Source: Ascidiella aspersa
Lineage: Eukaryota
Direction: 5' to 3'
Length of the DNA: 64,000 nucleotides
Assembly (NCBI GenBank): GCA_963924565.1
Contig: OZ004610.1
Coordinates: forward strand, 29,636,001-29,700,000
Below the pieces are notes generated by a model. That model made no database searches and had not been told where the DNA came from. It saw only the letters and a program-made list of their open reading frames with translations. A program made the position numbers and the translations under genes. Position 1 is the first letter of the stretch. Each line of letters opens with the position of its first letter. Below are positions 49,001 to 61,700 of this stretch, piece by piece.

Positions 49001-52000
49001 GATTACGAATGTCAAGGGCTGCTAATTGCATCTAAACGACGGCAAATTAGCGGCAGTTTGTGCCGAAACCTCTTGTCGCGGGCACGGAGGTCGCAAAAGT
49101 TCACCGAAAACGAAAAATCACAAACCAATAAGCGCTCATAAACTTAGCGGGGGCTTTAAGAAGGAGGTTTAAACAACTTGACCCGGCCAAGGCAGTCAGC
49201 TTGTCGCCCACCGATGAAATCAGACGGTAAGTCTGCATTATCCGCACGCTGATTGACAAGGCGAAAGGCGGCGACTCGCGATTTTCCGCGAAACTTCACG
49301 ACCGCCGCTTCGGACGTGACCGTCGCTTGACCTGCAGTAACCCCAGGGCCGCTTGTTTTCCTCTGTTGCACTTTCGTGACGTCATGGCCGGAGTGGTGGC
49401 CCGTTGAAGGTCAGGTTTGTCATAGAGCGGCATTGTTCGATTGAAGGAATACAAGTAAACGTGGTTTCGAGTGTAGGTTTATGGGCTGCACGAAGTTGAC
49501 TGATCGATGGTTTTGTTGTTCTGATTTTTTCAATCGTAATGTTGAAAAACAAGTTGTCCAATCCTAATAAACCAACCCACACCAAATTAATTTTTAGGCA
49601 AATAAATAGTGAAAAACAAACATAAAACGGCAGACAACCTTAAAAAAGCCTTCGTTAGTTATACTTCTCAGTTTTAAACGATTGGTCAATCGAACTACAG
49701 TTTGTTAATTGTTATGTAATATATACGAGTGCGAGGTCCAGAAGCAAACACAAGCCCTCTGTACAGTAATCATATCAGTTGTTTCGTGCACGTGTTAGCT
49801 TGAATTCAAACACAGAACCTGCAAGCTAATGGAAAAGACCAAACAAATTGAACGGCATTTTTTTACGCAGAACTTTTGAGAAAGTTGTGCGATTTGCATT
49901 TCCGAAAAACAAGCCGTGTGATATTGTTTTTGTGCAAACAAACTTGTGTTCTGCCTGCCACCGAAAGCCCTCAGTCGGTAGGAAACAGATAATAGATCAT
50001 CCTACTGTTGCCAATTACCCAGTCAGAATTAACATTCCGACCTGCTCTAGCCGCATTCATCCCTCTTTGTTTTGTCTAATCCCCGTTTCGCTTCCTACAG
50101 CTCGAACGGCATCATCCGGTTTTTGAAGGACGCAGCCGCAGCAGTGTCGTAACAATGGCCGTTTGTCTCCCTCTGACGCCGGTGCCTAATTTCTCAGGCC
50201 AAGGGTCTATTGATGCCCAAACATGCGTTCGCTACCTTCGTAACAAAGGGTACAGGCTGGTGCTTTGTGGTGTGGTTCCTTTCAATGCCTTGACGGTTAT
50301 CGGGGCTACTTGAGATTGCGGTCGATTGTTTATGTTAACACCTCATCTCCGGTAAATATTAGCGGCTTCGAAATGACAGGTTGCGCTTCGTCAAAGTATA
50401 GCCTTTGCGCACATTTCGCAATTTTCTCCAAGCGTGAATCAGAACTTGTGGGAAAATTACACAGGCCTCGGTTGAGTAGGGGCTAAACTTAGCTTAACGA
50501 AGAATTGCTGACTGGCCAAATTTCATATTAGACTGTTCGCGGAGTTAGCGTAAGCTATTTTGCCCGACTGTTTATTAAATCAACCTGAAGTTATCTGACT
50601 TCACCGTGTCTTTATTCAACGGCGCGAGTGCAAAAACTGCACTTTGCGGACAACTATGTTTCAACCGAAAATATTGGCGAGAAAACTAAGTAAGTTTCAA
50701 TTTAGCGTGACGCACGTTGTACGTCGAAGAGACGTTTTACAGTGTTTCCAAAGTACCAATTTGACTTAGTCACTTAACACAACCTTGTTGTTTTCAAATT
50801 AGTTCAATGATTTTGAAGACAAGTCGTTTGAAATTGACTTGTTTCTAAAAATGTATATTTACGCAAAAACAGTTGACAGACTAAACCGCATATTAGTGGT
50901 TTCCAATAGGGTGATCTCCGTTTGCCTTTAGCGTTATACAAAGTGGCACTGCAATACGTATTTTGTTTAAAAACTCTAACCTAAAATAGATGCATTTTTA
51001 TTGGAAATTCTGACGCACTTTGCTACAGTTGTTGTTCTATTTAATGTTGTCCTGTAAGTCACTCATTGAAATATTACGAGGATTGCATAATTCTAATTCT
51101 TTAAACAAGTTTGGGCTACATATTGTTTCGTTATCGACAATAAACCTGAGTTTTACAAAACATGGTTATTTAAGTCGATTTTAACCCGAACTTTTCGGTT
51201 ACAATAATTGCGAACCTGCTTCAACATAAAGGCTTCATCTTTTTTCTAAGGAGAAGTGAACTCTTAGGAATACCATTTTCATTTGAAAAAAAAAACGGTC
51301 AGTCAGTTGGACTCGAACTGGTTGACCCTCTATACATTGCTTTTGCAATGTGGTTCGAGGACTTGTTTACTTGTCCTGGTTCGGCCGAACGACAATTCAA
51401 GATATGCGGGGCATTTCCGCCCCCCATACCGCCCAAGCCCGTCAATCACGACTCATTCCGATGTCGGTGGTCGTCTGGGGGCAAGTGGGTACTATCAGGG
51501 GTAATTCAGCACAATTACACCGTGCTAAGCAAAGCGATTTAAAGGTTAAGCTCCTATACACTGTCTTACCCGGTGGCGCCGCTGTCTTGTTATCGTTGGA
51601 CAACTTGTCTCCGTTGGTGTTTAGACACGGCCAGTCGCCCGGGTTTGTGCAAGTGTGCCTTTGGCTCCTTCGCATCGTTGCCTTGACGCACGTACGTGCT
51701 GCAAAGTTTACAAATATCAATCTGCGACTGCTTTGTCATTTTCGCAGGTCGCCGCTAATAAGGTCGAAGCCGTGCTGAGTGCGGAGGGTGCGCCGAACCG
51801 TAATGGGCGCCTGAACATCGGCTAATCCTTGTACGTAAAAGTGGTCGCCGCTGCACAGCAGTTTGCAACATTCAAGTACTGTCCTCTGGCTTACAGCTGC
51901 TTCACGACAATCGAACCGTAAACTGTTTACCACCAGCTGCTGTGTTTTCTTTCTAATGAAATCGGCAACGTGGCTGCAGCCATGACAAGGCCTATTTACT

Positions 52001-52754
52001 GAGCGATGCGAAAATGTCAGGATTTTCCCCGTGCTTATAGTTCTTGTTTTGACAGAGTTTCAAAAAAACAACGAAGGTTTTTCGAAAAGCTATATTTTTA
52101 AATGTCGTATAAGAACACTGTTGTAAATTAAAAGAAGAAGTAGAAGAAATATCGCAACATGTTCTTTGTATAAAATTATATTCTCCGTTTGTTGGCTTGT
52201 TACTAACGTTTTGCAGAAACTGAACTTTAAGTTTATATAAAGGAGGCAGTTATACAAGATTTAATCTAGCCGACGCCTGTGGCATTTACGGTTCTTGACT
52301 ATAGGATAAGCCTTGTTTCGGCGAAACTGCCAGTTGGGAATTGTTTTGTTTAGTACAACTCAACTCCTTTCTCTTCTAAATTAAAATATCAGGTGTTAGT
52401 TTGTGGAAATTTTCACCGCCTATTAGCACTAATCCTTAAACGTAATATACACTTGCTTATACTTTTACGGAGATAACTTTACAATTTGTCTCCTGGTAAA
52501 TCGCCCGTAAATTTGTTAAAGCTGTTAAAAGTGTAACTTACCTCTTGGAGATCAACATCGGAAAACCCGCAAAGTGACTAATTGTTGTTTTCCACAAGCA
52601 AAACTGTTTCGACTTTTAAAGTAGAAAAAATAGACACGCGTGGTTTTAGGTAATTTGTCGAACATGTTTTCATTTTCCTTCAAACAATCGCCTTAACGCC
52701 TTTCATCAACCCGCCGATAGACGTCTTAGATTGTGAATCAAATACATTGACTAA

Positions 52755-53075
52755 TTGATGACGTCACAAACGCGAGCGAAGTGTGAGAACAATCGAGCGT
52801 CGAGCAGATTTACCGGGACTCCAACGCCCGTGGCTCGTCCTGTTTACGATGCGTCACTTCTTTCACACCTGACCGGCCAACGCGCGAAATGACGTCACGT
52901 CGTCGCCAGTTTTCACTTGTTTTTGGCCGTGACGTCATTTTGTCCGTGGCAAAGGAAAGAGTAACGGCGAAATTGTGTCGCCCTGGGCATTTCAACCCGG
53001 CATTGACCCCACTTAACCCCCTGGGTATTACCCACACCCAGTGATGTAACAGAAGTGGTTATGTGACGTGACAAT
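52755..53075. promoter_or_regulatory. Homotypic CRE (bZIP) cluster, candidate enhancer
   Basis: Perfect TGACGTCA at 52759, 52890 and 52930, plus half or variant sites (TGCGTCA, TGATGTAA, TGACGTGA) in a CpG-rich module. Confidence 0.45.
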
Positions 53076-54515
53076 GACCTGTTGCTACGAATGCGACCTG
53101 GTGGACTTTCAGAAACTATTTTACAAACTGTTTTGCTGCTAGTGTAAAAACATTTCGAGGGAAAAAACTGTTGTTTTCACTTTATTGCCGAATTGACGAA
53201 AATATTTGTTGTCACGAGATGCGGAATTAGCGAAACAACAATTCAACATGCTGACCGACAGAAAGATTGGAATTGCGAGAAATTTAACCCATGTTCGATA
53301 AAACCTTTCAGTTCACATTAAAATTATTTTACAAATTGAAAACCTAATTAAACATTGGCTTATAACGTGACAGAAAACTATCAATAAACGTAGAATGTGT
53401 TTGGTAAATATAAACTTCATATTTCAGGAGTCAATGGGAATTTGCGCATCGTAACTTCAAACTTGAAAGAAATATTAAGTTTACAGAAAAAATTGGAAAC
53501 GTCGAACAATTAAAAAAACGACTTTGTGTGAATTTGTAGGGCCTAGGTTTTTTGTTGATTTCGGTTGACAAACGAATTTATTTCAGTAACAAACAAAGCT
53601 CCCCTGTTCTAAAAAAATTAAAAGTATTGTTAGACATATTTAATTTACTCTAATGGTGAGAATATAAATGTAAAATGTATACAACAATAAATACAATTCC
53701 AGGAATTACGATGAAAGAAAATACAGATTTTAATAAAAACAATGTAAGTGTACAGCCCTTGTATTTAAAGGTCCCTGAAAGGTGTTTTTTTTTTGGTTTT
53801 TGCGTCAATCTGGCTGATGATGTATTACGCGGTGCGACCAGAAACAAACAAAAAAAGGCAATATTGAGAAACATATTTCGCGTGATGTATGAGTAAGGGA
53901 TCTTGACAGCGATCGCTGCCAAGATTACTTTTATTAACTGCACAGCAGCTAAAACAATTTAAAGCTGGCTTCATTTAAAATGCAATGAACGCGATTAAGC
54001 GTGACGGTCACGCCAAGTGATTAAAAATACGTCATCACAATCACCCATTGTTCACAGCACGCGGCCGGCATTACGCGCACTCGAGGGGGCCGCTCATAAA
54101 TATATACGTATATGAAAAAATGCGACAACCGGGTGATGCAGGGTTGGTACGATGACACACCTTTGCGTCGGCCAGAAATCGCCACGTTATTTTGTGAGAT
54201 TTTTTGAAGGCGCCTTACGCGACTCTTGTCCCAATGTACCAGAGGGCAAGATTTTCAAAGCGGTTTATTTCATTTGTCATTAAACTTATCGATATAATAA
54301 AAAACTTTAAATGTTCTAAGATGAATTCCTACTAAAGACAATAAAAATTTCAACACAATACTACATTATTTTCATCCTGAAAGTATAATGAAAGCCGGAG
54401 GAAGGGTTTACACTTGCCAAAGGTGCAAGTGCGCCTTTCTTGTTATCCACGCATATAACTGTGAAGGACTACACCGATTGCAGATCGAAATGTATTGCGG
54501 GCATATTAATAAATC

Positions 54516-55150
54516 CAGTGGTTCTCAAACTCCGTTTACCGTGCGGCATTTTGTTTGTTTGCTTGCAGTAATGTTGGACTCTAACAATAGTTTAATACAG
54601 GGGTTCTTAAACTGGGGTCCATGGACCCCTTGGGGGTCTGTGAGCTAGTTTTATGGGGTCCATGAGGTCGTAATTAAAATGTTAGTGTATTTCTAAAATG
54701 TAATAATTTATTCAAAAAAGCCAGTTTAATTGAAAACAAAATGGTTTTGCGCTAACTGTATTTAGACTCCATTTCACTTTCCCACTTTTTAAACTGAAAT
54801 CAGCAGATTTATAGCGTTTATTTGCATTGTGACGTCAATTTATGACGTGATTTTGGAAAATCTTTTACCTACCGTGGTCCATGTGAGGCAAAAAAAAATT
54901 TTAGGGTGCCGCGGTAAAAAAAGTTTAAGAACCCCTGGTTTAAAACAATGAGTATAAAACAAACACGATACATCATCTCTTTTATAGTCCATTCGGTACT
55001 CTACATAAGTTATCTATAATTGTTTGGATTAAAACTCTAGAAGAAGAACAACGAATGTGCTCCTGCAAGCATAAATTATTAGTTAATGTATAAAAGATGT
55101 TGTGCGGGCCTCTGTAAATTTCCTCATTGACCCCAGTTTAAGAGACCCTT
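54516..55150. mobile_element. Older hAT/Charlie-type element enclosing the 54598-54937 MITE
   Basis: Left end CAGTGGTTCTCAAACT (54516) and degenerate right end AGTTTAAGAGACCCTT (55135-55150). Confidence 0.5.
54598..54937. mobile_element. hAT/Charlie-type MITE
   Basis: Perfect 16-bp TIRs CAGGGGTTCTTAAACT / AGTTTAAGAACCCCTG; 8-bp TSD gtttaata / gtttaaaa (7/8 match). Confidence 0.88.
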
Positions 55151-55336
55151 TACTAAACAAAAACTTGTTTGCTACCCTCTGTTGTCGTGTTTTGTCGCAC
55201 GGCGGCGTACGTTAACTGCAGCTTTTGTGTAGATCACGGAACTAAAAAACAAACATCCTAAGGTGCGATTCCTGTGTGTTTTTGTGATGTCGTACACAGC
55301 GTCAAGTTTTTCTCGAAGTTTCCAAAGAAGCGGCGC

Positions 55337-55705
55337 CTACGTCAGCTTTCGATAGTCGACGTGATAGTCGGAAGGTGCCGTGACGCTCGGGTACATGCGC
55401 GTCATCGTGACGGAACAATCGTCGGCGTACATCGACGCAGGACTCTTGCGTCGACGTACGTAGTACGCGAGCGCCACCGAGAGGACGGCAACCACCAGCA
55501 CTACGCTCACAACGATTCCGACCATGTGCCCGTGCGGGTTTGCCTCGACGAACATGGGTCCGCCTGCAGTTTGATTCGAGTTCTTTATAGTTGTGAGGTC
55601 TGTAGCTGAAGAGCTTGTAGTGTTTTTGCTGCCCTTGGTTTGGCTTGGGTTTGGGGTGCTGGATCCTTTGTTTATCATAGTGTTGACTGCTTGGGTTTGC
55701 GTCGT
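55337..55705 (-). CDS. MAM protein exon 7 (stalk, TM helix, cytoplasmic tail)
   Basis: Acceptor ttttccccag (55706-55708), in frame with ORF 55337..55678; ends ...SDYHVDYRKLT*. Confidence 0.9.
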   Translation of the reverse strand, partial: TTQTQAVNTMINKGSSTPNPSQTKGSKNTTSSSATDLTTIKNSNQTAGGPMFVEANPHGHMVGIVVSVVLVVAVLSVALAYYVRRRKSPASMYADDCSVTMTRMYPSVTAPSDYHVDYRKLT

Positions 55706-58700
55706 CTGGGGAAAATAGTTTTTAATGGAAGGTTTTTTTATCTGTCGAGATTTATATGAATAGTTCCCCCAATGTAAAAATACGCCAAATTCGAGCGTGA
55801 ATTGGAATTGAAAATTTACTTTTTGACATACTCTTCCAGTTCAGAAAAAAAAAACTCTTCTTGTCGACCTGTTTTTAAATATATTAACCCATTGTCTGCC
55901 AATGTAAAAATATGCCTAAATATATGCGTGAATTAAAATCGAAATTTACTATTTGACATACTTCCTTTTCAGTAAACGGTTTTTACTTTTTTTTTACACA
56001 ATCAAAGTTTAATTTTCTGTTTCGAAGTTTAAGACTGTTTAGCATAACGACTACGAATAGGCGAGGGTTACTGAAAATCGCATTTCTTACTTTCGATGTG
56101 CAAATGTCAAAACGAATACTAATTCACCGCCCTGAGTTGCACGTCATCTCAACAAAGGCGTGCAGAAGCAGGAAGCAATGGAAGATCTCGAGTTTTTTAA
56201 TTTTAAAAGGGTTCTCAGAAAACATAGCCTCTTTCGCGGGAATACCAGAGCCTTTATTGCAGTTAAAAGAACCATAAGCTCCCTATTCAATTAAAACAAC
56301 TTTGGCTTTTGTCTTACCTGTCCGACCCGATTATGCTGTGTCATCACTTGTGACGTTGCAGATTCCGGCGAGCTCCCTAAGGTTGTTGCCATGGCGACTG
56401 TCGTCATCAAAGGTGTTGTAGTTGTGTCGACCATTTTGGGTTTCGCGTAACTAGGAGTTACTAGAAAAAACATACAGCCTTGGTTTGCCAAGCACTCAAA
56501 CAAAAAGCAAATTAAACCGGTATTAAAATAGATGAACAAACGTTAACCATCATAACTGTAGAGTGGTAGGAACGTATATGTATACGTGTTTAGCAGTAAT
56601 TTATTGGGTGGGTAGGCTTTTTGTTAATATTGAACAGAAAATTATCTTTAGACCGGCGATTGTAACGCTGGTATGAGGCAGAGTCGCTTGAAGACATTTA
56701 CTCATTTCGAAGATGTTTTTTTGATTTCTCCACAGTCATACAGTAGAGGTCAAAGGGCATTGGTCAAACACTTAAACTATATTGCAACGTAATCAAAATC
56801 ATGGAGCCTTTAGTTGGATGGCAATACAGGAAAGGCAGGAGGGGTTTCAATGCGCTGTTATAATTAGACGTTCTGACTTCTGTTGCAGCGAATGGCACAG
56901 GATGGCTTTAATCTGACCCATTATCCTGGTATCGACGGGTGCCAGTTGAAACAAACCATTCAAAACGGCTGCAAAGCAGCTGCCTTGTTTACCGAAATAG
57001 GCTACAGTTACCCATGATGTAGATTGTAGATTGTCCATTCGAAGCAAAAGTTCAAGTAACGTAAATTGCGTTTGATAAGCGCTTCATAACATCTGTTAGC
57101 TTTGCGTTAAACGTTTTTTAGTATATAGAGGGACATTAAACGCATTTCTAATGCATGAAAATCATAGTTTTGGCAAGCAACAAAAACTTAATAGGATTAC
57201 AACCTTATATAAAAAACACATTATACTGTCAAAGGACTTGTTTAAATCCGTTACTTACAATTAAACCTTTATCTGAGTGTATATGTGACTTCTGTATGTG
57301 AATTAATCTTATATTAGGCCTAGCTATATTGTAAGCTGCAAGACTTTTATTATAAAGCTGTTTTGCGAAAAAAATTGGATTAATATAAAATTAAAACTTT
57401 CAAATAAATCATTGTTATTTTATGTAAACTAAAAATGGTGTTTACAAAGAGTATTCTTAAAACGACAAGATGGTTTTGTACCCGTTCAAGAACTATACGA
57501 TATCTCGCCGGTTATGGGTACAACCGTTTTAGATGAATCAAGTGAAATTTGCAGCATCTTAACAAGGTCTATACATCCTATACAGTGGCATAGTCAAATA
57601 TCGGATGAGAGTGCTTAATTTAGTGTACCCCGTAATAACGTCACTGTACTCAGGCAGGGGCTAATTTTACACTGCAAAAAGACACACAAGGGTGGAAAGC
57701 AGTCCAACACCCTGCCTGGCAAACGAAACGACTTGAAAAATACATGTAAGAGTGCACACTTACACTCGCAAGAGGTTGTCGGCGTTACAAGTTTAAGCGA
57801 AGTGTCGTCAATTAAAATGTTCCCCTTCCTTCCTTTCGCCCAATCAAAGGCCTCGATCACAATGTGAGTCCTTTGGAGGGGACCGAGTGGAATCTGCGGT
57901 GGTAAATATTTTAAGATACTATACCCCTGTTCTCCAGTTTGATAAAGCTGTCTGGATACGAAATATTATGCCAGCAGCTCTATCTATCCCTAATGAAGTG
58001 GCGTTTCAAATACCACTGACGAACGTACCAGAAACTGCATTAGTGCATTGTGTACACATTTGAGTATGGCCTAGTTAAATAAACAAGTACTAAAATAGCA
58101 ATAAAAACAACTTTTATATAGATGAAAAAACACAAAGGTTATTAAAAAGATTTAAAACAAGTATATTCTACAAAAGTAACGCAAATGTAAATAGGCCTAA
58201 TCTTAATTCGAATGAATGGTAAAAGATTAACAACTGGAATGGTTGGAACAGGCTTAGATCCAAATATACACAACAAAAATAATAATAACATTATCAACAA
58301 GTATATAGATTGTATCGTTTGATTTATAAATTCTGTTCGATTTATGTTCAGGTCTAGGCTATTTACTGCAAACACTGTGATTACCAAACCTTACATAGAC
58401 ATAAAGTCCGTTTAACAAGTAGCGTCTCAACAGAGGAACGGCTGTAGGTTCCTTGCACAAACAGAAAAAAAGAATCACACAATATCTTTGTAAATGGCTG
58501 TATTTGCCTAATTGTGAATAGGGTAATCAGGTGGTAGCCTATAAAGACAAATTGTATTGAATTCTCGACAAGCTTTGGCACAATCGCGCTTTATCAGATT
58601 TTGGGATGCCCAGAATCCAATACAATTTGTCTTTATATAGTGCCACCTGATTACTGTATATAAATATATATAGACATCATACGTAAAAGTGAATGCATCG

Positions 58701-61700
58701 TTTCCCGGTTTACAACGTTGTTAGCCTTGCAATGTAAGTCAGAGCAATGCGAACATTTACCTTGGCGGGCAACCATGTTGATGCTTGGTGGCCTCTCAAG
58801 TTCCAGAGCAGCTTGCTATTCTCAGTAACGTTGTTTCGGTTGGTCGTCGTATAAATGGCAAGGTGGCCCAACGTTTTACCTGGGCATGTAAAGCTATTTT
58901 AGTGTTTTGCTAATTTTGGTGTGGACCAACAAGACTGTGACTCGGCCAGTTGCGATAACTCTTATGAAAGTTGAATAATAAACGTTAACTTGTGATCGTA
59001 AGCAATAGGTTCAATTACATCTGTTTTGAAGCAAAAAACAGCAAAGCTAAATAGTGCATCGTTTTCGCGACGCTATAGTGTGAACCTCAGTTTTCATCCA
59101 TTTAAATTCTATTCGCTAAAGTTAAAAATTAGCCTACTTGATTGTTAGAAAGTTAGATTTAGGACTGAATATAAACAAACAGCTGAGATTTGGTCACAAA
59201 TGTTAGTTGGACCTGTTTCCTCAACGCTTTTTAATACCAACTGCTGACATCGCATCTAAAACTGTGAATCGAAAATGGCAAAAAAAATGTTAAATGGGAA
59301 TGGGTTAAGGACCCCAAACATTATACAAACCTCTCATGAAATACCAGAACTCGAAACAGGTTTGTGAGGTTTTGGTGATAGGAGGACTGACAAGTTTCGC
59401 TGTTCGATTGCCGCGGCTCTTCGACTTAATGAACATGTAGCCTCCGTCTACAAATACAAATGTCAGTAGTAGTCAGTGACTGCTATTGCTTGAAATTGAA
59501 CTCGAAGTTATCTATACAGTATTTCGAGGTTCTGTGATTATAGGGGAAGGTTGCCCATGATGGGACACGTTTTTTTCAAATGATTGTAGTTTTCAGTTAT
59601 AACAATAATTTTGAATAATATCATACCTACTTGATACCTCTGCCCTTTGCGCTTAAAAACACCTATAACTTTGCCTCTAACGTTCTAACTTTTTTATAAA
59701 ATCGTCTTAGAAAAAACGTTGTTGTGTCCCGTCTTTAGAACCCAGAGTTTCATATGATGGGACAGTGTGATTCGCAAGATGGGACTGGAAGAATCCGTTT
59801 TTTTAAATTGATCTATTTGTACCACAAGCATTAAAAACAACTTTACCTCCACCTGCTACACTTACATAAGTTTAAAACTAGGCTGTTTAGAACAATTTCA
59901 CAGAATTTTAGAACGAATTTGTTGTGGTAAGCGAAAATTAATATTTTTAAATTAACAGGACAAGTGTGTGGCAAAGAGTGACTGTCTTGGAACTTTAGTT
60001 TTGTTGTGTCTATATTTTTACATTGAATACATTATACAAATATTCTGCCTGTGTTGATAGCTTTCAACACACACGACCTAGGCCAAATCTTGTCTGTTTG
60101 CTAGTTTGTTTTTTAGTGGACTTTTAAACAATAATTTTGTTTTAATTCGAATAAGTATGGATTTTGTTTAGTGAAGTTTTACCTGCATTTGCAATATTTC
60201 TTACAAACATGTTGATACGTTGATCCATTTTAACCAGGTGCATTTCTTAACGTATTTTATGGATAGGGAAAACGTATAAATTGTTTTACGTCATACATCA
60301 AAAATTTAAAACCAACCATATTAAAATTCTGCTAGTTGAAAACTTTTGAACTATAACAAAATGTTAGCTTCTTAAAAAGAGGTAATGGTAAGTCCATTTT
60401 TTGTCACAGTACCCCAAAATGTAGGTTGCAACTTCCTCACTTGGGAACGGCCTGTCCCATCTTACGCACCCCACATCACCATATACACAAGATATACTGG
60501 CTGCTTATAGGTACAAGATAATATGAAAAATTTCCCTGAATAAGTAAGCCTGGTAAATTACCCATACATTAGTAAAAAATGAATTTAAACAACTTCAACA
60601 AATATAAAATAACTCAGATATAAAAATAATAAAACCAGAAAGAAAACACCCCTATTTTCTTTAGATTGATATGTTGTAAAAACGCCGTCAGCCCACTGAA
60701 ATGTTTTTATGTTAAAAGGGTGGCTATACCATTGGGTGCTTCCAAAAAAAATTAGGAATTGGCGCTACCTAATAGGACGTGGATGTAATCCCCAAGTCCC
60801 GACTCAGGCAACGTCCCATCTAGTGCAACCTTCCCCTACATCATTTTAACGAGGGTCAAGTTCATATAGTCGGATAGAGTAGCGAGTTACTCGTAATTAC
60901 CCGATCAAGGCTTAGTTTACACGATTGTTTATCTGATCCGTAAATGTCCGTGTGGCAATGTAGCTACTGTCTCTTTATGAAAATGTGAATATTGCGAATC
61001 CGGCTACTATCGATAAAAATCCAATTTTTACAATAGGCGGATAATATTATTTTGGCGTAAATGCACAGTCAATCTACTAGGCCGAATAATTAAACTCCCA
61101 AGAGACTTGTTAAATTGAAAAAATATTTTCTGGTAGCATACTTTTGATTGCAGGTAAGAGTAAAAACCTAGCTTTACAGCACATTACAAATGTTCCTTTA
61201 AACGTGTTCAGCAGCATGAAATAATTTGATCAAGGTACAATAATAACTATAAGGCCAAATACTTTAGCTATTCTTTTTAGTGTTGAGATATCGACAACTC
61301 GTATATAAAAGTCGGCTACATTTTTTTCTTATTTCGGACCACCTTGTGTAACGGGTATTCAAGACTGGAAAAAATCTACCACAAGTTAATTCACAGAAGA
61401 GCATCTCGTATGATAGAACTCCATATTACAGGCAATTTTTATGTATTCCAAACAGGAATTTCAACGTTTATAAATTTAAAAAAACAGCAAAAAATTGGCT
61501 ACGGGTTAAACAATAATTTTTGGAACTTTTACAACATCTATCGTGATACTTCTAAGCCCAAACGTTTGCGACAGATACTGCGTGGTAATCGTATCCCAAC
61601 AATAAGACTAAAAGTTTAAAACCAGGATCAGAATTTTTTTAAAGGATTATATATTTCTCCTATAATAACATCGTCAGTTCATATAAGTAAAGTAAAGTAA

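Noticed and set aside
6400-53600. The many 60-160-aa ORFs in the desert (e.g. 18156..18638, 28224..28658, 39020..39460, 51350..51778)
   Set aside because: They show no recognisable domains, often use non-ATG starts, overlap on both strands and form no consistent exon chain, as expected by chance in GC-richer patches.
55274-55609. Plus-strand 111-aa ORF
   Set aside because: It is antisense to the TM/cytoplasmic exon of the MAM gene.
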